DNA of 63,752 nt, the filler included. It is 5 parts of 5 records of this genome, joined end to end, with 100 filler letters (N's around TTAATTAATTAA, not from the genome) between each part and the next. Parts side by side here need not be neighbours in the genome. Positions count along the whole stretch, not along the records: positions 9,115 to 26,566 come from SRR31156797_1304; positions 26,667 to 50,212 come from SRR31156797_1311; 3 more parts are not named here. One strand, 5' to 3'. The position numbers and the translations under genes were made by a program. Positions 20,970 through 29,601 of this stretch are shown in pieces (positions within the stretch are counted from its first letter, which is position 1; each line of letters begins with the position of its first letter). The notes under the pieces were generated by a model, which ran no database searches, was not told where the DNA came from, and saw nothing but the letters and a program-made list of their open reading frames with translations.

Positions 20970-22135
20970 TGAAAAAAATAATTGCATTTACTGCTATAAG
21001 AAGTGAATATGATTTACTTAGTGAACTATTTAGAATGTTAACTGAAGATAAGAATATAGACTTTAGACTTATAGTGTCTGGTGCACACATGTCTAAAGAA
21101 TATGGATATTCAATAAATGATATAAAAAGCGATGGACATAAAATTTTAGCAGAATTAAATACTTTGGATATAAAAAATGACTTAAGAGATAGAATAAATT
21201 CTGCTGCAAATTTATTAAAACAATCTATCGATATAGTATTTGAGTTTAATCCTGATTTGATTATCTATGCAGGAGATAGAGAAGAAGTTGCAATCGCATC
21301 TTTAATAGGTGGATACCTAGAAATACCAACAATGCATTTTTTTGGAGGAGACCATGTAAAGGATTCACATATTGATAATCCTATTAGGCACGCAACCTCA
21401 AAACTTTCTACTGTACATATGGTCTCAACAGAAGAGCATAAACAAAGACTTTTAAAAATGGGTGAAAAAGAACAAAGAGTTCACAATATTGGTAGCCCTG
21501 CACTAGATAAATTTATAAAAGAAGAGATATATTCTAAAAAAGAGTTAGAAAATATTTTCAAATTAAATTTTCAATTGAATAAGTATGCTTTAGTTATTTT
21601 TCATGCAATACCTAAGGAAAGAGATATTAGTCATATTATCTTTGAAAACATACTTGAATCTTTAAAAGAAAAAGGTTTAAAAGCTTTTGTAAGTTTTCCA
21701 AATATAGACCCAGGAAGCCAATCTATAATCAGTGTTATTGAAAAATATAAAGAGGATACAAATTTCATTTTCTATAAAAATTTACCAAGAAGAGAGTTTA
21801 TCTCAATATATAAAAACTCCTCTTTGATTATAGGAAATTCTTCTTCAGGTGTTACAGAATCAGCTTCAATTCCTATCCCTGCAATAAATGTAGGACTAAG
21901 ACAAAAAGGTAGAGCTTTTAATACAAATGTACTCTTTTGTGAAACCAATAAAGATGATATAATGAATACATTAAATGAGGCATTGTCAAGTGAATTTCTA
22001 TCAATTGTTAAAGATTGTAAAAATCTTTATGGAGATGGTGAAAGTTCTTTAAAGGCATATAATTTAATAAAAGAATTAGATTTTAAAGATTTAGTATTTA
22101 AAGATGAAGATATTTTGGAGATGAGTGATGAATAA
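20969..22135 (+). CDS. neuC: Hydrolysing NDP-sugar 2-epimerase NeuC/LegG
   Basis: RSEY, GDREE, IDNPIRHATSKLS, GNSSSG, YGDG. Confidence 0.9.
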   Translation: MKKIIAFTAIRSEYDLLSELFRMLTEDKNIDFRLIVSGAHMSKEYGYSINDIKSDGHKILAELNTLDIKNDLRDRINSAANLLKQSIDIVFEFNPDLIIYAGDREEVAIASLIGGYLEIPTMHFFGGDHVKDSHIDNPIRHATSKLSTVHMVSTEEHKQRLLKMGEKEQRVHNIGSPALDKFIKEEIYSKKELENIFKLNFQLNKYALVIFHAIPKERDISHIIFENILESLKEKGLKAFVSFPNIDPGSQSIISVIEKYKEDTNFIFYKNLPRREFISIYKNSSLIIGNSSSGVTESASIPIPAINVGLRQKGRAFNTNVLFCETNKDDIMNTLNEALSSEFLSIVKDCKNLYGDGESSLKAYNLIKELDFKDLVFKDEDILEMSDE

Positions 22136-22784
22136 AGTTCTTGTAGTAGCAGTACATCCTGATGATGAAACATTAGGTTGTGGAGGAACACTTTTAAAAC
22201 ATAAAGCTAATAAAGATGAAATTCATTGGTTAATATGCACTGAGTCTAATAAAGAAAGTGACTTTTATAAAAAAAGAGAAACAGAAATAGATACTGTAAC
22301 TAGTATGTATAAGTTTGATACAGTTAATAATCTACACTTAAATACAACAAGAGTTGATGAATATAGCTTTAGTGAATTGATTTCTAAAATCTCTCCAATA
22401 ATTAATGAAATAAAACCGAATATAATATATTTACCCTTTAAAGGCGATATTCATAGTGACCATAGGAAAATATTTGATGCGACATTATCTTGTACTAAAT
22501 CTTTTAGATATCCTTTTATTAAAAAAATATATATGATGGAAACACTTAGTGAAACAGAGTTTGCACCATCTACAAAAGAGGATAGCTTTATTCCAAATGT
22601 TTTTGTAGATATTACTGACTTTTTTGATAAAAAACTTGAAATAATGAATGTTTTTGAAAGTGAAATAGAAGCTTTTCCTTTTCCTAGAAGTGAGAAAAAT
22701 ATAACTGCTTTAGCAAACTACAGAGGAGCTACTAGTGGGTGTGAATATGCTGAAAGTTTTGTTCTTTTAAAGGAGATAAAATGA
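22125..22784 (+). CDS. PIG-L family deacetylase
   Basis: HPDDETLGCGG, DIHSDH, AESF. Confidence 0.88.
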   Translation: MMNKVLVVAVHPDDETLGCGGTLLKHKANKDEIHWLICTESNKESDFYKKRETEIDTVTSMYKFDTVNNLHLNTTRVDEYSFSELISKISPIINEIKPNIIYLPFKGDIHSDHRKIFDATLSCTKSFRYPFIKKIYMMETLSETEFAPSTKEDSFIPNVFVDITDFFDKKLEIMNVFESEIEAFPFPRSEKNITALANYRGATSGCEYAESFVLLKEIK

Positions 22785-23833
22785 CAAATTTGAGTGATTT
22801 AAAAGTATTAGAAACTACTACTATAAAAGATGCTTTGAATATTATAGATAAAGGTGCTATGAGAATTGCATTAGTTGTTGATAATGAAGATAAGTTATTA
22901 GGGACTCTTTCTGATGGGGATATAAGAAGAGGTATACTAAATAATTGTAGTTTAACTGACACTATTGAAAGTTTATATTTTAAGACTCCCACAACAGTGT
23001 TAAATACTGAATCAAAAGATCAAATTATAAAAAAAGCGATAAAAAATCATATATATCAAATACCAATTGTTGATAAAGATAATAAGCTCTTAGATATTGT
23101 CAATTTAGCTTCTTTATTAAATGTGACAAAAAAAAGAAATAGAATTATTCTTATGGCAGGAGGATTAGGAACAAGACTTAGACCTCTTACTGAGAGTACT
23201 CCAAAACCTCTTTTATCTGTTGGAAATAGACCTATTTTGGAAACTATTATAAAAAGTTTTGCTTCTCAAGGATTTGAAAACTTTACAATAAGTTTAAACT
23301 ATAAAGGTGAAATGATAAAAGAACATTTCAAAGATGGAAGTGAGTGGGGAGTAAATATAGATTATATTGAAGAGGATTCAAGAATGGGTACAGCTGGAGC
23401 TCTAAGTTTATTAAAAGAACAACCAACTGAACCTTTTTTTGTGATGAATGGAGATATATTAACAGATGTTGATTTCAATAGCCTTCTTGATTTTCATTCG
23501 TTTGGTAACTCTATGGCAACTATGTGTGTTAGGGAGTATGAATATCAAATACCATATGGTGTAATTCAAACAAATGATGAGCATATTACATCAATTGTTG
23601 AAAAACCAATTGAGAAGTTTTTTGTAAATGCTGGTATTTATGTGTTGTCTCCACAAGTATTTGAATATATACCAGATGGAGAGTTTTTCGATATGCCTAC
23701 ATTATTTAATATATTAATAGAAAAAGAAAAGAAAGTATTGTCTTTTCCTATTCATGAATATTGGCTTGATATAGGAAGAATGAGTGACTTTGAACAAGCA
23801 CAAACTGAATATTTCAGGATATTTAATGAATAG
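22781..23833 (+). CDS. ptmE: CBS-domain nucleotidyltransferase (PtmE-like)
   Basis: N-terminal CBS pair (SDGDIRR), MAGGLGTRLRPLT..PKPL, MNGD, WLDIG. Confidence 0.85.
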   Translation: MTNLSDLKVLETTTIKDALNIIDKGAMRIALVVDNEDKLLGTLSDGDIRRGILNNCSLTDTIESLYFKTPTTVLNTESKDQIIKKAIKNHIYQIPIVDKDNKLLDIVNLASLLNVTKKRNRIILMAGGLGTRLRPLTESTPKPLLSVGNRPILETIIKSFASQGFENFTISLNYKGEMIKEHFKDGSEWGVNIDYIEEDSRMGTAGALSLLKEQPTEPFFVMNGDILTDVDFNSLLDFHSFGNSMATMCVREYEYQIPYGVIQTNDEHITSIVEKPIEKFFVNAGIYVLSPQVFEYIPDGEFFDMPTLFNILIEKEKKVLSFPIHEYWLDIGRMSDFEQAQTEYFRIFNE

Positions 23834-24518
23834 AAAATATTTAGCAGTTATTCCTGCAAGAGGTGGCAGTAAAAGAGTACCAAGAAAAAATGTTTTAGAT
23901 TTGAATGGAAAACCTCTTATTCAGTGGAGTATTGAAGCTGGCCAAAAAAGTAAATATATAGATGAGGTTTTAGTAACAAGTGATGATACTGAGATTCTTA
24001 ATATCGCAAAAGAGCAAAATGTAAAAGTGATAAAAAGACCAGACGAGCTTGCAACTGATACTTCAACAAGTTTTGATGCAATAAAACATGCACTAGAAAA
24101 TTTCGATGATTATGAATATATTGTACTTCTTCAACCAACAAGCCCTTTGAGAAGTGGAAAACATCTTGATGAAGCCATTGAATTATTAGAAAGTAAGCAA
24201 GCTGATGCAGTAGTAAGTGTATGTGAAGTGGAGCATTCACCTTTATGGTGCAATACTCTTTCTGAAGATAAAAGTATGAAAGGGTTTTTAAAAGATGAGG
24301 TTTTGGGTTTAAGAAGTCAAGACTTACCTAAATATTTTAGACTTAATGGAGCAATATATGTATGTAAAAAAGATATTTTATTGAAAGAAAAAACTTTTTT
24401 TATAAAGGATAATGTTTTTGCATATGAGATGGAGCAAGAAGATTCTATAGATATTGATACAAAAATAGATTTTTTAATTGCAGAAACAATTTTAAGGGAG
24501 AAGATTAATGACATTTGA
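23826..24518 (+). CDS. neuA: CMP-nonulosonate synthetase NeuA/LegF
   Basis: IPARGGSKRVPRKN, LQPTSPLR, NGAIY, IDIDT. Confidence 0.92.
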   Translation: MNRKYLAVIPARGGSKRVPRKNVLDLNGKPLIQWSIEAGQKSKYIDEVLVTSDDTEILNIAKEQNVKVIKRPDELATDTSTSFDAIKHALENFDDYEYIVLLQPTSPLRSGKHLDEAIELLESKQADAVVSVCEVEHSPLWCNTLSEDKSMKGFLKDEVLGLRSQDLPKYFRLNGAIYVCKKDILLKEKTFFIKDNVFAYEMEQEDSIDIDTKIDFLIAETILREKINDI

Positions 24519-26523
24519 GCAGATGCAAAACCAAAGTATAGAAGTTTATAGATCAAATATAGAGTATCTTAAAACAAAGCATCAAAAGTTGTATAAAAAA
24601 TTAGAATTATTTGAAATGGGATTAAATGAAGGCTTAATAAAAGCAAAATATGACTTAGAATATAAAGAAGAGGGGTATTTTGATGCTTTAAATTTGGAGA
24701 CAAATGAATATTTATATAATCAAAACTCTGAAGTATATGCTAGAGAACTAGTAAAAAATAAACTCAATAATTTCCCAGATAAAAATAGTTTTAGAGCATT
24801 TTATGGGATTGAATATAGTGAAAATGTAATGAAAGATGTCCAAAGAGCAAATGCTCACTCAGATGCAATTATTTTAAATGCTCCAGTTATTCATTATGTT
24901 AATACTAATATTCCAGAAAAAGAGGAGATGAAAGTTATTCCAAAAATGATTGTTTTAGGAGTAGGGCTAGGTACTCATATCCCTCATATTCAAATGCAAA
25001 CAAAACCTAAAATATATTTAATAGTAGAACCAAATCTAGAACTTTTTAGATTATCTCTTTTTGTTGTAAAATATTATAAGTTGGGAGAGTTGTCAAATTT
25101 AGTCTTTTCTGTGGGAGATAATGACCAAGAGTTTAATGATGCATTTTCATCTTTTTATAATCCTGGCTTTATTTATAATCATTATTTTAAGCATTTCATT
25201 TTTTCAAATACATGTGAATCATATATAAGTATGATTCAAACAAGATTAGTTACACAAAATCATTTAACTTATGATTATAGTAGGTTAATTCAAAGTTTAA
25301 CAAGAACAGTTGATTATATAGAACAAGATTACAGAATATTAAAAATAATTCCTGGAAAAGATAAGATTTATGAAAATAAACCGGTTCTTTTTTTAGGTGC
25401 AGGTCCTTCCTTGCAAAAAAATCTAGATTTTGTGAAAGAAAATCAAGATAAATATATAATAGTTGCAGTTTATGTTCTTCTTCCTTTTTTAGAAGAACAT
25501 AATATAAAGCCAGATATTGTAACTCAATATGATCAAGCTGGTGATATAGTTTTAAATACTGTTAAAAAAGTTCAAGATATTAACTTCTTTGATAAAACTT
25601 TATTTTTATTTGCTTCACATCTAGATAAAAGAGTTTTAGAATCCTTCCCAAAAGAAAATATCTTTATGTTTCAGTCAATGTATGATGTTAAGATAGGTTT
25701 TGGAGCACAGACAGCTCCTAGTATTGGAGAAATTACTTATGCTTTATTACTTAAGTTAGGAGTTAAATCTATTTATATGTTAGGTATTGATATGGCACTT
25801 GATCCCGAAACAAATAAATCTCATATTGATGGACATACTCATTCAAGAAATGATTTTAGAGAAGAAAAAAAATCAAACTTTTCTCTTATAAAAGATATTA
25901 TTAAAGTAAAGGGTAACTTTAGAAAAGAGGTTAATACCCTACCAACCTATAAGTCAGCAATTAATGCATTTAACTATTTGAGTAGAACTTTATTAAATGA
26001 AGATACAAAAGTTTATAATTTATCAGATGGGGCTTATTTAGAAAAGATAGAACCTTTAAAAATTTCAGAAATACAATATAGCTATAGTAAATTAGATAAA
26101 GATGCTATAAGAGATAACACTTATAATATTTTTTTAGAAAAAAGTGAAATAGGTTTTAATGATGTTGATAAAAAACTCATAGAATTAAAAATTGACGATG
26201 CTAAAATAATAGAAGATAAGATAAAAAACTTTTTTAGGACAAAAGAGAGTAATCTTGAAGTTTATGAAAATAGATTGGGAATTCTAATAAATGACATATC
26301 TTTCTCTAAATTTAAATCTTTAGAGTTACAAAATATTATGTTAAATTATATTATGCATAATATTCACTATGTGTATCATTTAATAAATATGAAAGCTTTA
26401 ACAAACCCTAAAAAACATTTAAAGAATATTAATAAGATACTACAAAAACAGATGCTACAAATAACAGATGTTTATATTCAAACTTTAAGTAGAGCATTAA
26501 AAGAAAAAGAGGAAGATAAATAA
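24508..26523 (+). CDS. maf: Motility-associated factor (Maf) flagellin glycosyltransferase
   Basis: GVGLG.H, IVEP, GAGPSL, LGIDMA motifs of the MAF_flag10/DUF115 family; position at the end of a nonulosonate cluster. Confidence 0.8.
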   Translation: MTFEQMQNQSIEVYRSNIEYLKTKHQKLYKKLELFEMGLNEGLIKAKYDLEYKEEGYFDALNLETNEYLYNQNSEVYARELVKNKLNNFPDKNSFRAFYGIEYSENVMKDVQRANAHSDAIILNAPVIHYVNTNIPEKEEMKVIPKMIVLGVGLGTHIPHIQMQTKPKIYLIVEPNLELFRLSLFVVKYYKLGELSNLVFSVGDNDQEFNDAFSSFYNPGFIYNHYFKHFIFSNTCESYISMIQTRLVTQNHLTYDYSRLIQSLTRTVDYIEQDYRILKIIPGKDKIYENKPVLFLGAGPSLQKNLDFVKENQDKYIIVAVYVLLPFLEEHNIKPDIVTQYDQAGDIVLNTVKKVQDINFFDKTLFLFASHLDKRVLESFPKENIFMFQSMYDVKIGFGAQTAPSIGEITYALLLKLGVKSIYMLGIDMALDPETNKSHIDGHTHSRNDFREEKKSNFSLIKDIIKVKGNFRKEVNTLPTYKSAINAFNYLSRTLLNEDTKVYNLSDGAYLEKIEPLKISEIQYSYSKLDKDAIRDNTYNIFLEKSEIGFNDVDKKLIELKIDDAKIIEDKIKNFFRTKESNLEVYENRLGILINDISFSKFKSLELQNIMLNYIMHNIHYVYHLINMKALTNPKKHLKNINKILQKQMLQITDVYIQTLSRALKEKEEDK

Positions 26524-26524
26524 A

Positions 26525-26552
26525 AAAGTAGTAGCAAAAAAGCTACTACTTT
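26525..26552. terminator. Terminator hairpin after maf
   Basis: AAAGTAGTAGC / GCTACTACTTT perfect inverted repeat. Confidence 0.75.
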
Positions 26553-26566
26553 CAAGAATTACTATT

Positions 26567-26666
26567 NNNNNNNNNNNNNNNNNNNNNNNNNNNNNNNNNN
26601 NNNNNNNNNNTTAATTAATTAANNNNNNNNNNNNNNNNNNNNNNNNNNNNNNNNNNNNNNNNNNNN
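26567..26666. other. Artificial contig spacer
   Basis: N-run + TTAATTAATTAA + N-run. Confidence 0.97.
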
Positions 26667-26696
26667 GGTCGCCGGTTCGAAACCGGTCTTTCACCC
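26667..26696 (+). tRNA. 3' portion of tRNA-His (T-arm and acceptor stem), left att site
   Basis: GGTC-GCCGG-TTCGAAA-CCGGT-CTTTCACCC: T-loop and stem; the right-end copy supplies the GTG anticodon. Confidence 0.8.
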
Positions 26697-26714
26697 TATT
26701 TAGAAAAGCTATTG

Positions 26715-26740
26715 AAAATGCGCCTTTGGCGCATTTTTTT
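26715..26740 (+). terminator. Element-encoded terminator downstream of the tRNA
   Basis: AAAATGCGCC-TTT-GGCGCATTTT plus T tract. Confidence 0.75.
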
Positions 26741-28033
26741 ATGGCTGAAATTTTAAAGATACTACAAAGCGAATACAACGGCGAATACAAAAGCGAATAC
26801 AATTTGAAAAAGTATAGCACACCCCGTATTTATCCAAAAATTGTTACTTCAAAACCAATTTCCGCATTCACAGATGCAGAAAAAAAAGCCATATTAAGTA
26901 AATACAAAAGATGGTATATCTACTATAGTTTTGATCATCCAACAAATAAAACAAAAACAGGTTTACCCCAGAAGATAAAGCAAGCCCCTATCTATTTTAA
27001 TATAAACAGGGATTATCCTGACTTTGACGAAAGATTAAAGCATTTTAAAATCGTAAGAAACAGTGTAGAAAGACTACTTAAAGATGGTCATTCTCCTTAC
27101 GAATCTGAAAATAATACAAATGAGTATTCCGTTATAAATGCTTTAGATTACGCTTTAGAGATCAAGAAAAAAGAAGTAAAAGAAACCACGTATTCGGGTT
27201 ATGAAACCAGAATAAACACGTTTAAGAAGTTTCTAAACCGTAAAAGATATACTCACCTTTCAATAAAGGAGATCAATAAAAGTATAGTTTCCGAGTTCCT
27301 TAGAGGCATTAAAGAACCCGTTAACCGCAATAACTCAAAAGCTGCACTAAGTTCTATCTTTACAGAGCTATCTAGTGAAGGACTTATAGATGTGAACTTT
27401 ATAAAAGAGATTCGCAACTCAAAACAGGTGCAAAAACCCGTAAAAATATACACGGAAAACGATGTATCCGAGATATCCGCTTTACTTGCCCAAAATGACC
27501 CAATGCTGCTTATGTTTGTGAAGCTGGTTTCTTATATGTTTTGGCGACCAATTGAAATCTTGAGACTCACACACGAAAGCGTTGATTTTGTTGCCAATAC
27601 AATGACCGTTCAAACCAAAACAAAAGAGGCAAAAACTAAAATAATACCAGCGATTCTTCTTGAAGAAGTAAAAGAATTTTGCAACAATAAGACGGGTTTC
27701 CTATTTAAGCCTTCAAAAGTGGATAATTGGGAACTTTCGGAAGAAGATAAAAGAAAGTATTTTACCAGAAGGTTTGCGAGGTTTAGAACAAAGCACAATA
27801 TCAGTAGTGAATTCAAACTTTATTCTTTCCGACACACCTATATTACAAAGATTTACCTAGAACTAAGAAAGACTTATTCCAAGTTTGAAAGTGTTCAAAA
27901 ACTTAGTTTGATTACAGGTCATGAAAGTAAGGCAATCTACAACTACATTCAGGTGAATGACATTGAATTACCAGAAGATTACAGCGATTTTTTATTGTAC
28001 TCTGACAACAAGCCACATTCTGCAACAACTTGA
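26741..28033 (+). CDS. int: Tyrosine recombinase / integrase
   Basis: SAM-like core-binding region, then catalytic R (FWRPIE), YSFRH, TGH and YNY. Start is uncertain (ATG 26741 or TTG 26804). Confidence 0.9.
   Translation: MAEILKILQSEYNGEYKSEYNLKKYSTPRIYPKIVTSKPISAFTDAEKKAILSKYKRWYIYYSFDHPTNKTKTGLPQKIKQAPIYFNINRDYPDFDERLKHFKIVRNSVERLLKDGHSPYESENNTNEYSVINALDYALEIKKKEVKETTYSGYETRINTFKKFLNRKRYTHLSIKEINKSIVSEFLRGIKEPVNRNNSKAALSSIFTELSSEGLIDVNFIKEIRNSKQVQKPVKIYTENDVSEISALLAQNDPMLLMFVKLVSYMFWRPIEILRLTHESVDFVANTMTVQTKTKEAKTKIIPAILLEEVKEFCNNKTGFLFKPSKVDNWELSEEDKRKYFTRRFARFRTKHNISSEFKLYSFRHTYITKIYLELRKTYSKFESVQKLSLITGHESKAIYNYIQVNDIELPEDYSDFLLYSDNKPHSATT
26769..26802 (+). repeat. Three GCGAATACAA direct repeats, 12-bp period (putative integrase arm sites)
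   Basis: Copies at 26769, 26781 and 26793; the motif recurs near the right end. Confidence 0.75.
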
Positions 28034-28141
28034 AACAATTTGTAACATTTTCCAATTGCCTTTTACTCTAACTTTACCCCAGATAAACTACTTAGACTTT
28101 TTAAGTAGTTAAGAGTAAAGAAAATAATCAAATTAAATAGT

Positions 28142-28828
28142 ATGGAATGTTTAGAATGCGGAAGCCCAATTATTGGGCGTAGATCAGATAGCAAGTATTG
28201 CTCTAAAACCTGCTCAGGTAGGGCAAAAAACAGAAGAGCTGATCAAAGATTAATTAGTAAGGCTACCCAGCAATACCCAGCTGCACCACATATTGCACCG
28301 ATGGTATCAGAAAGTTCTTTATATGGATTTACCGAGATAAGAGAACTTGAAAAAGATAAGTTTGCAACTGTTCTGGATCTTAAAGAAAAATATGAAAATC
28401 AAATAAGAACACTGGAAACAAACAACTTGAATAAAGATTTTGAGATTCAACGATTGAAAGATCAAAAGGATGATTTAATTCGAAATCATGAAAAAGAATT
28501 GCAAAATGCCAGTACCAACACAGTTAAAGAAACGGTAAACGCTATATCTGTAATGCCATCCATTCAGAGTGCTTTGGGTGCGCTGGCTAACAATCTAATT
28601 CCTAGTAAAAATGATTCTTTAGGTGGTCTTGATAACACGATGAGTGAAACTGAAAAACAAATCATTCAATCAGTTAGAAAAATGCAACCCGATGCTCAAC
28701 AGTACCTAGTACAAATGTTGTATTTCCTATTTGCAAAGAAACATGAAGAACAAATGGAAATTTTCACAACTTTAACTACTTATCTACAATCAGGTACAAA
28801 TGAAAATGACGAAAATGATATGCCGTAG
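28142..28828 (+). CDS. Zn-finger plus coiled-coil hypothetical protein
   Basis: CLECG...KYCSKTC at the N-terminus; central coiled coil. Confidence 0.75.
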   Translation: MECLECGSPIIGRRSDSKYCSKTCSGRAKNRRADQRLISKATQQYPAAPHIAPMVSESSLYGFTEIRELEKDKFATVLDLKEKYENQIRTLETNNLNKDFEIQRLKDQKDDLIRNHEKELQNASTNTVKETVNAISVMPSIQSALGALANNLIPSKNDSLGGLDNTMSETEKQIIQSVRKMQPDAQQYLVQMLYFLFAKKHEEQMEIFTTLTTYLQSGTNENDENDMP

Positions 28829-28849
28829 TCTGGATGCAAATATTATTTA

Positions 28850-28880
28850 AAAGGGTGGTCGATACGATCACCCTTTTTTT
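28850..28880 (+). terminator. Intrinsic terminator
   Basis: AAAGGGTGGTC-GATAC-GATCACCCTTT followed by a T run. Confidence 0.8.
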
Positions 28881-29021
28881 ATGCCCTAAAATCACATTCT
28901 ATCTGGTTTAAAACCTCGTTTAACCACCTACCACTCCCCTATTAAGTTTCAATATGTTTCAGCATGTTTCAATACGTTCCAATAGCTAGGAATATAGCTA
29001 GTTAGCCTATATGTTTGATGT

Positions 29022-29597
29022 ATGAAAACATCACATATAGTACTAATCGGTAGTGCTATTGGGGCTTTTGTCTTTAAAGATGATATCAAAACGTTCTTTG
29101 ATAAAAACACTGAAAAAATTGCAAAATCTGTTAAGGAGTATGCAGGGGAAAAGGTTAGCATAACACCCTATAAGATTCCAAAGGTTGGCTTTGACATTCT
29201 AAAACAGGAAATAAAACTTTCGGGTTCTATTCTGGTTGAGAATAAAACCATAGCCAACGCGACTTTGGAAACTTATCAAATTGAGGTTATTCTCGAAAAA
29301 GAGGGAAAAGTCATGCCATTAGGGAAAACACCACTTTTACAGCCCTACACGAATTTAGCAGCCAATGCAAAAAGTAAAATTGATTACAAATTCAGATTGC
29401 CATTAGATAACCTTTCCAAGGTATTAAATGACAATAGGGATTTAGTCAATTATCAAATGTTTGTTTTGGTATCAAACTTAAGCGTAAGCGGCTTCAAACT
29501 ACCGAATCAAAAAATCAGGATTGCTGGAAAATGGCAAGAGATTGTAAGAGTCTTGCAAAATCCATCCAAAGCAATTAGTAATCTTTTAAACATTTGA
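29022..29597 (+). CDS. Membrane-anchored beta-rich protein (LEA_2/WHy-like), putative virion protein
   Basis: N-terminal hydrophobic anchor, alternating beta-strand pattern with VENKT motif; first gene of the structural operon. Fold is an inference. Confidence 0.5.
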   Translation: MKTSHIVLIGSAIGAFVFKDDIKTFFDKNTEKIAKSVKEYAGEKVSITPYKIPKVGFDILKQEIKLSGSILVENKTIANATLETYQIEVILEKEGKVMPLGKTPLLQPYTNLAANAKSKIDYKFRLPLDNLSKVLNDNRDLVNYQMFVLVSNLSVSGFKLPNQKIRIAGKWQEIVRVLQNPSKAISNLLNI

Positions 29598-29601
29598 CCA
29601 C

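Noticed and set aside
26553-26566. End of a convergent flagellin gene (minus strand ...AA TAG TAA)
   Set aside because: Plausible next to maf, but only a few bases are visible before the gap
26769-26802. CRISPR array or protein-level repeat
   Set aside because: The units are 10 bp with 2-nt gaps, have no spacers or cas genes, and recur in non-coding DNA at the other end, so they fit arm sites better
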